Assembly (NCBI GenBank): GCA_018817165.1
Contig: JAHITY010000118.1
Coordinates: 6,526-70,525 of the forward strand
Direction: 5' to 3'
DNA length: 64,000 nt
DNA from: Candidatus Omnitrophota bacterium
GTDB lineage: Bacteria > Omnitrophota > Gorgyraeia > B26-G9
A model generated the notes under the pieces. The model saw only the letters and a program-made list of their open reading frames with translations, was not told the DNA's origin and made no database searches. Positions 16,974 through 25,465 of the stretch are shown one piece after another (position 1 is the first letter of the stretch; the number at the start of each line of letters is the position of its first letter). The position numbers were made by a program, and so were the translations under genes.

Positions 16974-17837
16974 TTGAAAATAAAAAAAACAGTTACTTAT
17001 CTTTTATTTTTTTTATTGATATTTTGCTATAGGCTGAGTTTCGCTGAACAGGGATGGACTCAGCTAAATTCAGATCATTTTATTGTCTATTATCAAGATA
17101 GCGATAAAAATTTTGCTGCTGATGTAGCAAGAAAAGCCGAGGAATATTATAATTCTATTGCCGACAACTTAGGATATGTGCGTTATTCGAATTTTTGGAA
17201 ATGGGATAAAAGAGTTAAAATTTATATTTATCCGGATCATGCGTCCTATCTTTTAGCGACTAATCAGCAGAGCTGGTCGCATGGAGTCGCGGATTATTTT
17301 AAAAAAGAAATAATTAGTTATGCCTGGGGAAAAGATTTTTTAAAATCGCTTTTACCTCATGAATTGGCACATCTAATATTCAGAGATTTTGTTGGCTTTA
17401 AGTCGGATATTCCTTTGTGGCTAGATGAAGGAGTTGCCCAATGGGAGGAAACGGAGTTAAAAGCCCAAAGACTTTCTCTGGTCAGGCAGCAAGCAAGCCA
17501 AAATATAATATTGCCAATTAGGACGATGATTGACCTGGACATAAGAACAATCGAAACTGACCAGCAGATAAAGCTGGAAGGTATGGCCTTGGATAATGGG
17601 CAAATCCCGATTCTGGAAATGGATGGAAGGGCTCTGGTTAATATTTATTATTTACAGGCTTTTTCTTTGGTAGGATTTTTAATGGAAAGATATGGGGCAG
17701 AAAGCTTTGTTGTTTTTAGTCGCCAGTTGCGAGATGGTAAGACAATTAGTGATGCTTTGAAATTTGCTTATCCACAGCAATTGCGGAGTATTGAACAACT
17801 GGAAAAACAATGGAAACAATATTTATTGAACGCTTAA
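16974..17837 (+). CDS. Secreted HExxH zinc-metallopeptidase-like protein of the peptidase MA-like fold. It has a TTG start.
   Basis: N-terminal signal peptide, then HELAHLIF (HExxH) with EGVAQWEE downstream. It is embedded between gspF and gspG. Confidence 0.45.
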   Translation: MKIKKTVTYLLFFLLIFCYRLSFAEQGWTQLNSDHFIVYYQDSDKNFAADVARKAEEYYNSIADNLGYVRYSNFWKWDKRVKIYIYPDHASYLLATNQQSWSHGVADYFKKEIISYAWGKDFLKSLLPHELAHLIFRDFVGFKSDIPLWLDEGVAQWEETELKAQRLSLVRQQASQNIILPIRTMIDLDIRTIETDQQIKLEGMALDNGQIPILEMDGRALVNIYYLQAFSLVGFLMERYGAESFVVFSRQLRDGKTISDALKFAYPQQLRSIEQLEKQWKQYLLNA

Positions 17838-17867
17838 ATTGAAAATTGAAATAAATGGGGGTAGGAT

Positions 17868-18272
17868 ATGAAGCGAAAACAAGGTTTTACTTTGATTGAA
17901 TTAATGCTGGTGGTTATTATTATAAGCGCATTAGCAGCTATGGTTTTGCCCCGGCTTGCCGGTCGTTCGGAACAGGCAAGAACCGCTGCCGCGAATGCTG
18001 ATATTAATGCGAATATTGCTACAGGACTTAAGCTTTATGAACTGGATAATGGTCAATTCCCCAGCACTTCGGAAGGCTTGCAAGCGTTGTTAATCAAGCC
18101 GGCTACTGCTAATACTTGGAACGGTCCGTATTTGGAAAAAGAGCCGATTGATCCATGGGGTAGAAAATATGAGTATAAATCTCCCGGACAGAATCGCCCT
18201 CAGGATTATGATCTTTTTTCTTTAGGCCGGGATGCTCAGCCGAGCGAAGATGATATAAATAATTGGAATTAA
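17868..18272 (+). CDS. gspG: Major T2SS pseudopilin GspG
   Basis: Prepilin leader with GFTLIELM. GPYLEKEPIDPWGRKYEYKSPG...DYDLFSLGRDAQP matches the GspG signature. Confidence 0.8.
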   Translation: MKRKQGFTLIELMLVVIIISALAAMVLPRLAGRSEQARTAAANADINANIATGLKLYELDNGQFPSTSEGLQALLIKPATANTWNGPYLEKEPIDPWGRKYEYKSPGQNRPQDYDLFSLGRDAQPSEDDINNWN

Positions 18273-18274
18273 AA

Positions 18275-18757
18275 ATGTTGTTTTTCTCTAAGCCAGGCTT
18301 AAATCAGTTGTTTAAGTTTAAATCGCTTAAAATAAGTTTCAGCCAAAATAAAGGGTTTACCTTGGTTGAGGTTCTTATCTCAGCGGTTATTTTGGCAGTG
18401 GGATTGGTAGTTATTTTTGAAGTATTTTTGACTTCATTAGATATCGTCAGCTTGTTTGATAATCGAATGAACGCGCAAATGTATTTGGATGAAAAAATCT
18501 GGCAGTTGCAGAGCAGTCTAGACCAGCAAAGCGGGCTGTTTATTCCCAGCAAACAGTCGGGCAAGGTGGTTTTAGGGCAAAAAGAATTTAATTGGCAGCT
18601 GGACTTGGAATTGGTGGATTTAACTCAGGAGTTGTTTAAAGTTAATGGGCAAATGAACTGGACAGAAGGTAAAAAAAATAGAAGCAGTAAGCGCCAAACA
18701 GTAGTTAAAAGCTATTTCAGCAATGCTAATCCTTGGAAAGATGAGGATAAGCAATGA
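18275..18757 (+). CDS. Minor pseudopilin (GspH/I-like). The ORF track starts at 18263 with TTG.
   Basis: A prepilin-type N-terminal methylation motif, KGFTLVEVLISAVIL, follows a ~25-aa leader. Confidence 0.55.
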   Translation: MLFFSKPGLNQLFKFKSLKISFSQNKGFTLVEVLISAVILAVGLVVIFEVFLTSLDIVSLFDNRMNAQMYLDEKIWQLQSSLDQQSGLFIPSKQSGKVVLGQKEFNWQLDLELVDLTQELFKVNGQMNWTEGKKNRSSKRQTVVKSYFSNANPWKDEDKQ

Positions 18758-19377
18758 TAAAAAAAAGATTATATTCCGGATTTACGTTTGTCGAAATGAC
18801 TTTAGCTACGGCAATGGTTGGCGTAATAGCGATTGCTTTGTACGCAATGATTGCTAATGGATTAAAAGTTTGGGAGATCGTTAATCAAGAATCTCCGCAG
18901 ATGGATGCCAGTTTGCTTTTTGAAAAAATAAGCATGGATTTAGCCAATGGGGTTTGCTTGGAGGGAAGTGATTTTATTGGCAATGAAAAGAGTTTTTCTT
19001 TTTCCTGCATTAGTAAAACATTTATAGCGGAGAATGGATTTAATCAAGGGGTGGGGCGAGTAAACTATGCCTATGACCCGGGAATGAAAGAAATTAATCG
19101 ACAATATGTGGATTATGAACAATTATTCGCAAAAGAGCAGCCGGAAGCGCGAAATTTAATCAGCAATATCAATAATATTCTATTAAGCTATTATTTTTTT
19201 GATGAGCAAAAAAAAGCTTTTTTATGGAGCAATGTCTGGCCCCCGGAAGCTTATGCTAAGCAGGATAAACATGCTTGGCCTTTAGCAGTTAGAGTTTCCA
19301 TAGTTTTTGAAATCCGAGGCCAGATAATTCAAAAAGGAAAAACATTTAATCTGCCGATCGGAGCAATTGAACTCTGA
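18754..19377 (+). CDS. Minor pseudopilin (GspI/J-like)
   Basis: N-terminal SGFTFVEMTLATAMV prepilin motif. Confidence 0.55.
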   Translation: MIKKRLYSGFTFVEMTLATAMVGVIAIALYAMIANGLKVWEIVNQESPQMDASLLFEKISMDLANGVCLEGSDFIGNEKSFSFSCISKTFIAENGFNQGVGRVNYAYDPGMKEINRQYVDYEQLFAKEQPEARNLISNINNILLSYYFFDEQKKAFLWSNVWPPEAYAKQDKHAWPLAVRVSIVFEIRGQIIQKGKTFNLPIGAIEL

Positions 19378-19396
19378 TTTAATATTAATAAGGTCT

Positions 19397-20509
19397 ATGA
19401 AAATAAATAAAATTATAATAAAGAGAAAAGGAAGTGTTTTAGTTCTTGTGCTTTGGGCGCTTGGACTTTTAAGTGTTTTTGGTTTATACTTAGGGCTGGG
19501 CGCGAGAAGTAAAATTGATTTTTTAAGTAGAATGGAAACGCGCAGTAAAACATTGCAGATAGCTGAAGCCGGAGTAAAACAGGCTATCGCGGCAATTGGG
19601 AATATTGATAAAAAAAAATTATATCTTTATCTTAATGATATTTGTTCAACCAATAATCAATTGTTTTCAGGAGTTGTATTCGATGATGGAGTTGTTCAGC
19701 TCGGAGTTGAATACCCAGCGAATGATTATTCGAATGGGCAAAGTGACGAACAAAATATTATCTATGGGGTTTCTGATGAACAGTCGAAACTGAATATCAA
19801 TACTGCCGAACGTAAAGAATTGCTTGCTTTATTAGTTGAATCCGCTAAAATTGACTCTGATATTGCTGATCAGATAGCTAGTTCAATTATTGATTGGCGG
19901 GATGCGGATTCTCTGTCATTGGCAAACGGCGCGGAAGATAATTATTATCATGCACTGAAAAACTCTTATGAATGCAAGGATTATCAGTTTGAATCAATAG
20001 AAGAGTTGCGTTATGTCAAGGGAATGGATTATAATATATTTAAGAAAATTCAATCGTATATAACGGTGTATGGTTCAGGTTTAGTTAATATAAATACTGC
20101 GTCAAGAAATGTATTAAAAGCCTTGGGATTAAGTGATAAATTAATCGATAAAATATTGGTTTACCGCTGCGGGCAAGATGAAATAGCGGCAAACGGCGAT
20201 GATGCTGTTTTTGAAAATATCAGTTCTGTTGTTGCCAAGTTGTCTCAATCTGAGGCAGTTTCAGCCAGTGAAGTTGCCCAGTTAAGTAATCTAACTGCTT
20301 CGGGGCGGCTGACTGTTTTTTCAAATATATTTTTGATTCAAAGTCAGGCAAACTTGAAAAATAAGCAGGATATTTGCCAGATTAAATGTTTTTTTGAAAA
20401 GAACCTAGATGAAAATTATAAAAAAGCAGGTTTTATTTTAGGCTGGAGAATGAATTATCTTAAATTATCACCGGATAATCAAGTAGAAGGGGATTATGGA
20501 ACTGAGTAA
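19397..20509 (+). CDS. gspK: GspK-like minor pseudopilin. The ORF track starts at 19367 with TTG.
   Basis: N-terminal hydrophobic GSVLVLVLWALGLLSV. The C-terminal helix-hairpin-helix LVNINTASRNVLKALGLSDKLIDKILVYR is typical of GspK. Confidence 0.6.
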   Translation: MKINKIIIKRKGSVLVLVLWALGLLSVFGLYLGLGARSKIDFLSRMETRSKTLQIAEAGVKQAIAAIGNIDKKKLYLYLNDICSTNNQLFSGVVFDDGVVQLGVEYPANDYSNGQSDEQNIIYGVSDEQSKLNINTAERKELLALLVESAKIDSDIADQIASSIIDWRDADSLSLANGAEDNYYHALKNSYECKDYQFESIEELRYVKGMDYNIFKKIQSYITVYGSGLVNINTASRNVLKALGLSDKLIDKILVYRCGQDEIAANGDDAVFENISSVVAKLSQSEAVSASEVAQLSNLTASGRLTVFSNIFLIQSQANLKNKQDICQIKCFFEKNLDENYKKAGFILGWRMNYLKLSPDNQVEGDYGTE

Positions 20510-21935
20510 ACACAAAGATATAATTGGTATAGATTTTTCAGCAGATCAGCTTAGTATCGGCCTGATGAAAACTTTAAACAAAGAGAAAACAATTATTAAT
20601 CTAGCGCAATATTCTATTGCTGGTGTTAGTGAGGCTGAAATAGCTCAGATGATTATTAAGGCTTTTAAGGATTTTAATATTAAAAATCCTTATGTGGTCA
20701 ATGTTGTCCCCTTACATCTTACGATAACAAAAAATTTAGAAATACCATCTTTGGATGTGAAAGAGATAAAAGAAATCATTGATCTGCAGTCGGGCAGACA
20801 GACGCCTTATGCCCGAGAAGAGATTATTGTTGATTATATAAATATTGGAACTTATCGGCAGAGCTATACAAAAATTTTATTGGTAATTGTGACTAGAGCT
20901 GCGATTAAAAAGCAGTTTGATGTTATGGAAAAAGCCGGGTTGAAAATTGAAAAAATAGTTTTTGCTCCGGAAGGTGTGAGCCGGGCATGCTACAGCCAGA
21001 TTAAAAAAGAAGTAAAAGACTCTCCAGTGGTTATCGTTCATATTGATTCAGATTTTACAGATTTTATTGTTAGCCTTAAAGGCGTGCCTATTTTTACAAG
21101 AAATATTCCGATCGGAGTTAAACATATTTCTGCTGATCCGGATAAATCGGAAATAAAGTTTATTGAAGAATTAAAAAACTCCTTGGAGACTTATCAGTCA
21201 GAAGATATTGATAAAACTCCTCAACTGCTAATATTGACCGGGGCTACGGAAAAGATCGAACAATTAGAAAAGTTAGTTATTGGCGAAATCCATATTCCGA
21301 TTCAGAGCATGCCATATTTTGGGTTAATTCCCTTGTCAGCGGATTTAGCGAAGATTCCGACAATTACAAAAAAGATTTCTTTCTTTAATATCGCGGCATC
21401 CGCTTTGTTTGAAAAAAATATGAAAGTGAGTCTTATCCCGGAAGAAATAAAATTAAAGCGATCTTTTGAAGAACGAGCGCAGGAACTGATTAAGATGGGC
21501 ATTTATATAATATGCTTGATGCTTATTGCCGGAAGTTTTTTTGTGACGGAGCTTTATTTTAAAGGTCAATATCTTAAGAATCTTAAAAAGAAAAATTCAA
21601 TTACTTACGAAGAAGCTAAGATATTAGAAAAAGCTATGGAAAAAATGCGGATTGTTAAGCATTATATGGCAAATAGAGGGTATAGTTTAGAAGTTGTCGC
21701 GGCAATTTACGATATATTACCAAAAGAAATTATGCTGACAAATATAAAGATGGATACTGAGAAAAAACTGCATTTAAAAGGTACTGCCCGGGCGATGTCT
21801 AATGTGTTCACATTTGTCAGTGCTTTGGAGGCATCTGAGTATTTTAGTAATGTTAAGACTAATTATACTACTTCGCGTAAAAAAGATGATGAAGATTGGG
21901 CTGATTTTGGGATTTCCTGTGTTTTAGCAAAATAA
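20496..21935 (+). CDS. gspL: GspL-like (PilM/PilN-type) assembly protein: a cytoplasmic actin-like domain, a TM segment, and a periplasmic domain
   Basis: N-terminal IIGIDFSADQLSIGL actin-like start, a central TM segment MGIYIICLMLIAGSFFV, and its position after gspK. Confidence 0.5.
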   Translation: MELSKHKDIIGIDFSADQLSIGLMKTLNKEKTIINLAQYSIAGVSEAEIAQMIIKAFKDFNIKNPYVVNVVPLHLTITKNLEIPSLDVKEIKEIIDLQSGRQTPYAREEIIVDYINIGTYRQSYTKILLVIVTRAAIKKQFDVMEKAGLKIEKIVFAPEGVSRACYSQIKKEVKDSPVVIVHIDSDFTDFIVSLKGVPIFTRNIPIGVKHISADPDKSEIKFIEELKNSLETYQSEDIDKTPQLLILTGATEKIEQLEKLVIGEIHIPIQSMPYFGLIPLSADLAKIPTITKKISFFNIAASALFEKNMKVSLIPEEIKLKRSFEERAQELIKMGIYIICLMLIAGSFFVTELYFKGQYLKNLKKKNSITYEEAKILEKAMEKMRIVKHYMANRGYSLEVVAAIYDILPKEIMLTNIKMDTEKKLHLKGTARAMSNVFTFVSALEASEYFSNVKTNYTTSRKKDDEDWADFGISCVLAK

Positions 21936-21964
21936 TTTAATAAAAATATATTTAGGGATCACAT

Positions 21965-22504
21965 ATGCTGCAAATTATTAGTAAACTTTCAAAAAGAGAA
22001 AAAATGGTTTTATCCGTGTCAATAGCTTTTGTATTTTTAGCTCTCTTAGACCGGGCGATACTTCATCCGATTATTGATAAAATGAAAAGCTTTGAGCAGG
22101 AAATAAAAGCGACTGAATATGAAATGACTAAGAATGTTAAAATTCTTGGGCAAAGCGCTCGCATAGAAAGGGAAGAAAAAAAGTATTCATCATATATAAA
22201 AGAAGCGGGTTCGGAAGAGGAAGAAACCGCTGGATTGTTGCGCATTGTGGAAAACCTTGCTAGTACCACTAATGTATATTTAGTTGATTTGAAGCCAGGC
22301 GGCGTAGAAATTGCTGGGAATGTAAAGAAATTTGTGATTAATGTTAGTTGTGAAGCGCAAATGCAGAAAATACTTAGCTTTATGTATGAAATAGAAAGTT
22401 CCGATGTTTTAATGCATATTGCAGCTTTTAGCATGAATCCAAAATCTAAGGACTCAGATATAAACCGTTGCGAATTTCTATTGAATAAAATAGTGATCCA
22501 ATAA
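21965..22504 (+). CDS. gspM: GspM/PilO-like bitopic inner-membrane protein
   Basis: 179 aa with one N-terminal TM helix, then a coiled coil and an alpha/beta periplasmic part. Position after the gspL-like gene. Confidence 0.4.
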   Translation: MLQIISKLSKREKMVLSVSIAFVFLALLDRAILHPIIDKMKSFEQEIKATEYEMTKNVKILGQSARIEREEKKYSSYIKEAGSEEEETAGLLRIVENLASTTNVYLVDLKPGGVEIAGNVKKFVINVSCEAQMQKILSFMYEIESSDVLMHIAAFSMNPKSKDSDINRCEFLLNKIVIQ

Positions 22505-22508
22505 TTAG

Positions 22509-22600
22509 TATTGCGTATCGCGTATCGCGTATTGAGTATGAAACAAAAGCAAAAAATAGTTATTTTTACGCAATACGCATGACTCAAGACTCAATACTGA
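22509..22600 (+). repeat. Complex direct and inverted repeat region, (cgtatcg)n with gtattgNgta arms, downstream of the gspM-like gene
   Basis: gtattgcgta at 22508-22517 and gtattgagt at 22529-22537, with their reverse complements at 22567-22576 and 22589-97, in an interleaved order. Confidence 0.5.
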
Positions 22601-22759
22601 ACATAAAGGCGCAAGTTCGTAAAGTTGAAAGTTCATAAAGTAAAAGCAGTTACAAATTAAAGGTTTTGAGTTTTTTAGAAATTAGTGCAATTAGAAATTT
22701 GTTTTCTGTCTTCTGTTTTCAGTTATCCTAATCGCTATCCGCTGTTTCAATCTGTCTGG

Positions 22760-22788
22760 TTGCAATATATGGGGCTTAATGATATAAT
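22760..22788 (+). promoter_or_regulatory. Putative promoter for pgk: TTGCAA, a 17-nt spacer, and an extended -10 TGaTATAAT
   Basis: TTGCAA at 22760-22765 and TATAAT at 22783-22788, preceded by TG. Confidence 0.45.
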
Positions 22789-22825
22789 AATTTGTTAAAT
22801 ATTGAACATAAGGGGAGGATACATA

Positions 22826-24010
22826 ATGAATAAAATGACAGTGAAAGATATTGATTTAAAAGATAAGAAAATCCTTATGCGAGCTGATTTTAATGTTCCT
22901 TTGGATGAAAATTGCAATATTACTGATGATTTGCGGATTGTCTCGGCTTTACCGACAATTAAATATTGTCTAGAGCAAGGGGCGGCAAAAATTATTTTGA
23001 TCAGTCATTTAGGCCGGCCCAAGGGGCAGGTTGTGGCTAAGATGAGTTTAAAACCAGTTGCCGTAAGACTGGAAAAACTTCTGGGCATGCCAATTAAGAT
23101 GTTGGATGATTGTGTGGGCGAATCAGTTAAAAGGGCAATTAGTCAATCAAGTGAAAAAGTGGTTTTATTAGAAAATTTAAGGTTTTATGCTCAGGAAACG
23201 AAAAATGAGCCGGTTTTTGCTCAGCAGTTAGCGGAATTAGGTCAGGTTTTTGTTAATGATGCTTTTGGTACAGCGCATCGCGCTCATGCATCAACTGAGG
23301 GTGTTACGCATTATCTGCCGGCAGTTGCCGGGTTTCTCTTGGAAAAAGAAATGGCTTATTTGGGCAAGGTAGTAGAAAATCCGGAAAGACCATTAGTAAC
23401 AATTCTCGGCGGAGCAAAAGTTTCCGATAAAATTAAAATGATTGAAAATATGATGGATAAAGTGGATTGTTTTTTAATCGGCGGGGGCATGGCATATACT
23501 TTTTTAAAGGCACAAGGTAAAGAAATCGGCGACTCTAAATTGGAAGCAGATAAAGTTGATTTGGCTAAAACAATTTTAGAAAAAGCAAAAGAAAATAATG
23601 TTGATTTTGTTTTACCGATCGACCATAAAGTAGCTGATAAGTTTGATGCTCAAGCAGCGGTGCAATATGTTGGCGAAGAAATCCCGAAAGGTTGGATGGG
23701 TTTAGATATTGGTCCGAAAACCATAGAATTGTTTAAACAAAAACTGAAAACAGCTAAAACAATTGTCTGGAATGGTCCGGTTGGGGTTTTCGAAATGGAG
23801 GCTTTTTCCAAAGGCACAGAGGCCTTGGCGCGGTATATTGCAACATTGCCAGCAACCAGTATTATTGGTGGTGGTGATACGGCTAGCGCAGTGAGAAAAT
23901 TTGATGTTGTAAATAAAATGAGTCATGTTTCAACTGGCGGTGGAGCCAGTCTAGAGTTATTGGAAGGCTTGGAATTACCGGGAATTGCCGCTTTAAAAAA
24001 CAGAACATAA
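22826..24010 (+). CDS. pgk: Phosphoglycerate kinase
   Basis: Full-length match (RADFNVP, GGGMAYTFL and the rest). RBS AAGGGGAGGA. Confidence 0.9.
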   Translation: MNKMTVKDIDLKDKKILMRADFNVPLDENCNITDDLRIVSALPTIKYCLEQGAAKIILISHLGRPKGQVVAKMSLKPVAVRLEKLLGMPIKMLDDCVGESVKRAISQSSEKVVLLENLRFYAQETKNEPVFAQQLAELGQVFVNDAFGTAHRAHASTEGVTHYLPAVAGFLLEKEMAYLGKVVENPERPLVTILGGAKVSDKIKMIENMMDKVDCFLIGGGMAYTFLKAQGKEIGDSKLEADKVDLAKTILEKAKENNVDFVLPIDHKVADKFDAQAAVQYVGEEIPKGWMGLDIGPKTIELFKQKLKTAKTIVWNGPVGVFEMEAFSKGTEALARYIATLPATSIIGGGDTASAVRKFDVVNKMSHVSTGGGASLELLEGLELPGIAALKNRT

Positions 24011-24019
24011 GGTATTAAA

Positions 24020-24478
24020 TTGAAAATAAAAAATAATTATTTAGGATTTACCTTAATGGAAATGCTTGCGGTAATAGCGATAATTTCTGTTTTAATGGGT
24101 ATAATTTTAAGTGGCGGTAATCAAGCAAAGCAAAGAGCCCGGATATATAAAACTAGAGCAATGATTGCTTCTTTGGAAACGGCTTTAGCCCTATATCATA
24201 CTGATTTCGGTGCTTATCCCGCAGCTGGAAATCAAAGTATGGTTAATGATTTGGCAGATGTTGCTGCTAATTCTTCAAATGCTGACTGGCATGGGCCGTA
24301 TATGTCATTTAAAGCAGCAGATCTTAATGGCCCTATTACTACAGGAACAGTAATTGATGCTTGGGGTAATGATTATGTGTATAATAATCCGCATCCTTTA
24401 GGCGCTATTCCACCATATGAAATAAGATCTCTAGGCCCTGATGCTTTAGATGCCGCTGATGATATAAGTAATTTGTAA
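24020..24478 (+). CDS. GspG-like pseudopilin (second copy), inserted between pgk and tpiA. It has a TTG start.
   Basis: LGFTLMEMLAVIAIISVL prepilin motif. The C-terminal signatures GPYM...DAWGNDYVY resemble GspG. Confidence 0.7.
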   Translation: MKIKNNYLGFTLMEMLAVIAIISVLMGIILSGGNQAKQRARIYKTRAMIASLETALALYHTDFGAYPAAGNQSMVNDLADVAANSSNADWHGPYMSFKAADLNGPITTGTVIDAWGNDYVYNNPHPLGAIPPYEIRSLGPDALDAADDISNL

Positions 24479-24501
24479 GTAGTAAACGGATTAAAGGCCT
24501 A

Positions 24502-24610
24502 TAATAATAATGATTCCGAAAGTGTCTGCTAGGCCGCAGCCATTTCGGACTAAATTCGCGCAGGTTGACTTGACGTCGTGAAGAACACTCCGTAAGTCAT
24601 GCGCTCATTT
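24502..24610 (+). repeat. Family A structured repeat, copy 3, in the tpiA 5' leader
   Basis: Shares ~105 nt with copies at 6472-6674, 42917-43023 and 47034-47134. It ends gcgctcattt directly before the AAGGAG RBS. Confidence 0.8.
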
Positions 24611-24622
24611 AAGGAGAATATA

Positions 24623-25387
24623 ATGCGTAAACCGATTATCGCTGGTAACTGGAAGATGAATAAAACAATAACTGAATCTTTGGATCTTGTCCGCCAACTT
24701 AGCATAGAATTGAAAGATGTTAAAGATGTCGATATACTGGTTTGTCCAGTATTTACAGCGCTGCATAGTGTTAGCCAGGCGGTTGACGGGTCTAATATAA
24801 AAATGGGAGCGCAGAATCTATTTTGGGAGGAAAAAGGGGCTTTTACCGGAGAAGTATCAGCTTTGATGTTAAAAGATACGCATTGCGAATATGTTATTCT
24901 TGGTCATTCGGAAAGACGAAGTATTTTTAAAGAAACTAATGAACATGTAAATAAAAAAATAAAAGCCGCGTTAAAAGCGGACTTATTACCTATTCTTTGT
25001 GTCGGAGAAAGACTTCAGGAACGCGAAGATGATAAGACTTATGATGTTATTACTGAACAAATCAAAGGTTCCTTAGCAGATATTAGCGCGGATGAACTGA
25101 AGAATATTATTATTGCCTATGAACCTGTTTGGGCAATTGGTACTGGAAAAGTTGCCAGTCCTGAACAAGCACAAGCCGTACATGCTTTTATCAGAAAACT
25201 TATATCTGATAATTTTGGTCAGGATACTGCCGAGAGTTTGCGGATTCAATACGGCGGGAGTGTAAAACCAGATAATATTAAAGTGTTGATTAATCAGCCT
25301 GACATTGATGGCGCTTTAGTTGGTGGAGCAAGTTTAAAAGCAGAAGATTTTATCCAATTAGTCTTAGCTTGTTCAATCCAGGATTAG
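24623..25387 (+). CDS. tpiA: Triosephosphate isomerase
   Basis: MRKPIIAGNWKMN start, and the catalytic motifs ILGHSERR and AYEPVWAIGTG. Confidence 0.9.
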   Translation: MRKPIIAGNWKMNKTITESLDLVRQLSIELKDVKDVDILVCPVFTALHSVSQAVDGSNIKMGAQNLFWEEKGAFTGEVSALMLKDTHCEYVILGHSERRSIFKETNEHVNKKIKAALKADLLPILCVGERLQEREDDKTYDVITEQIKGSLADISADELKNIIIAYEPVWAIGTGKVASPEQAQAVHAFIRKLISDNFGQDTAESLRIQYGGSVKPDNIKVLINQPDIDGALVGGASLKAEDFIQLVLACSIQD

Positions 25388-25465
25388 CCAGATTAAACGG
25401 GATAAAGCCTAGCGATTAATTAAAATTGATTGTTAAATGTAATTGCTCAGCCATAATTTGAATCA

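Noticed and set aside
7960-23926. Assorted short minus-strand ORFs (for example 7960..8226, 8738..9069, 11613..11810, 13512..14213, 17357..17542, 18304..18564, 18940..19122, 21302..21502, 22063..22587, 23702..23926) and + strand 19596..19793
   Set aside because: All are embedded in, and out of frame with, well-supported + strand genes. None has an RBS or recognisable domains.
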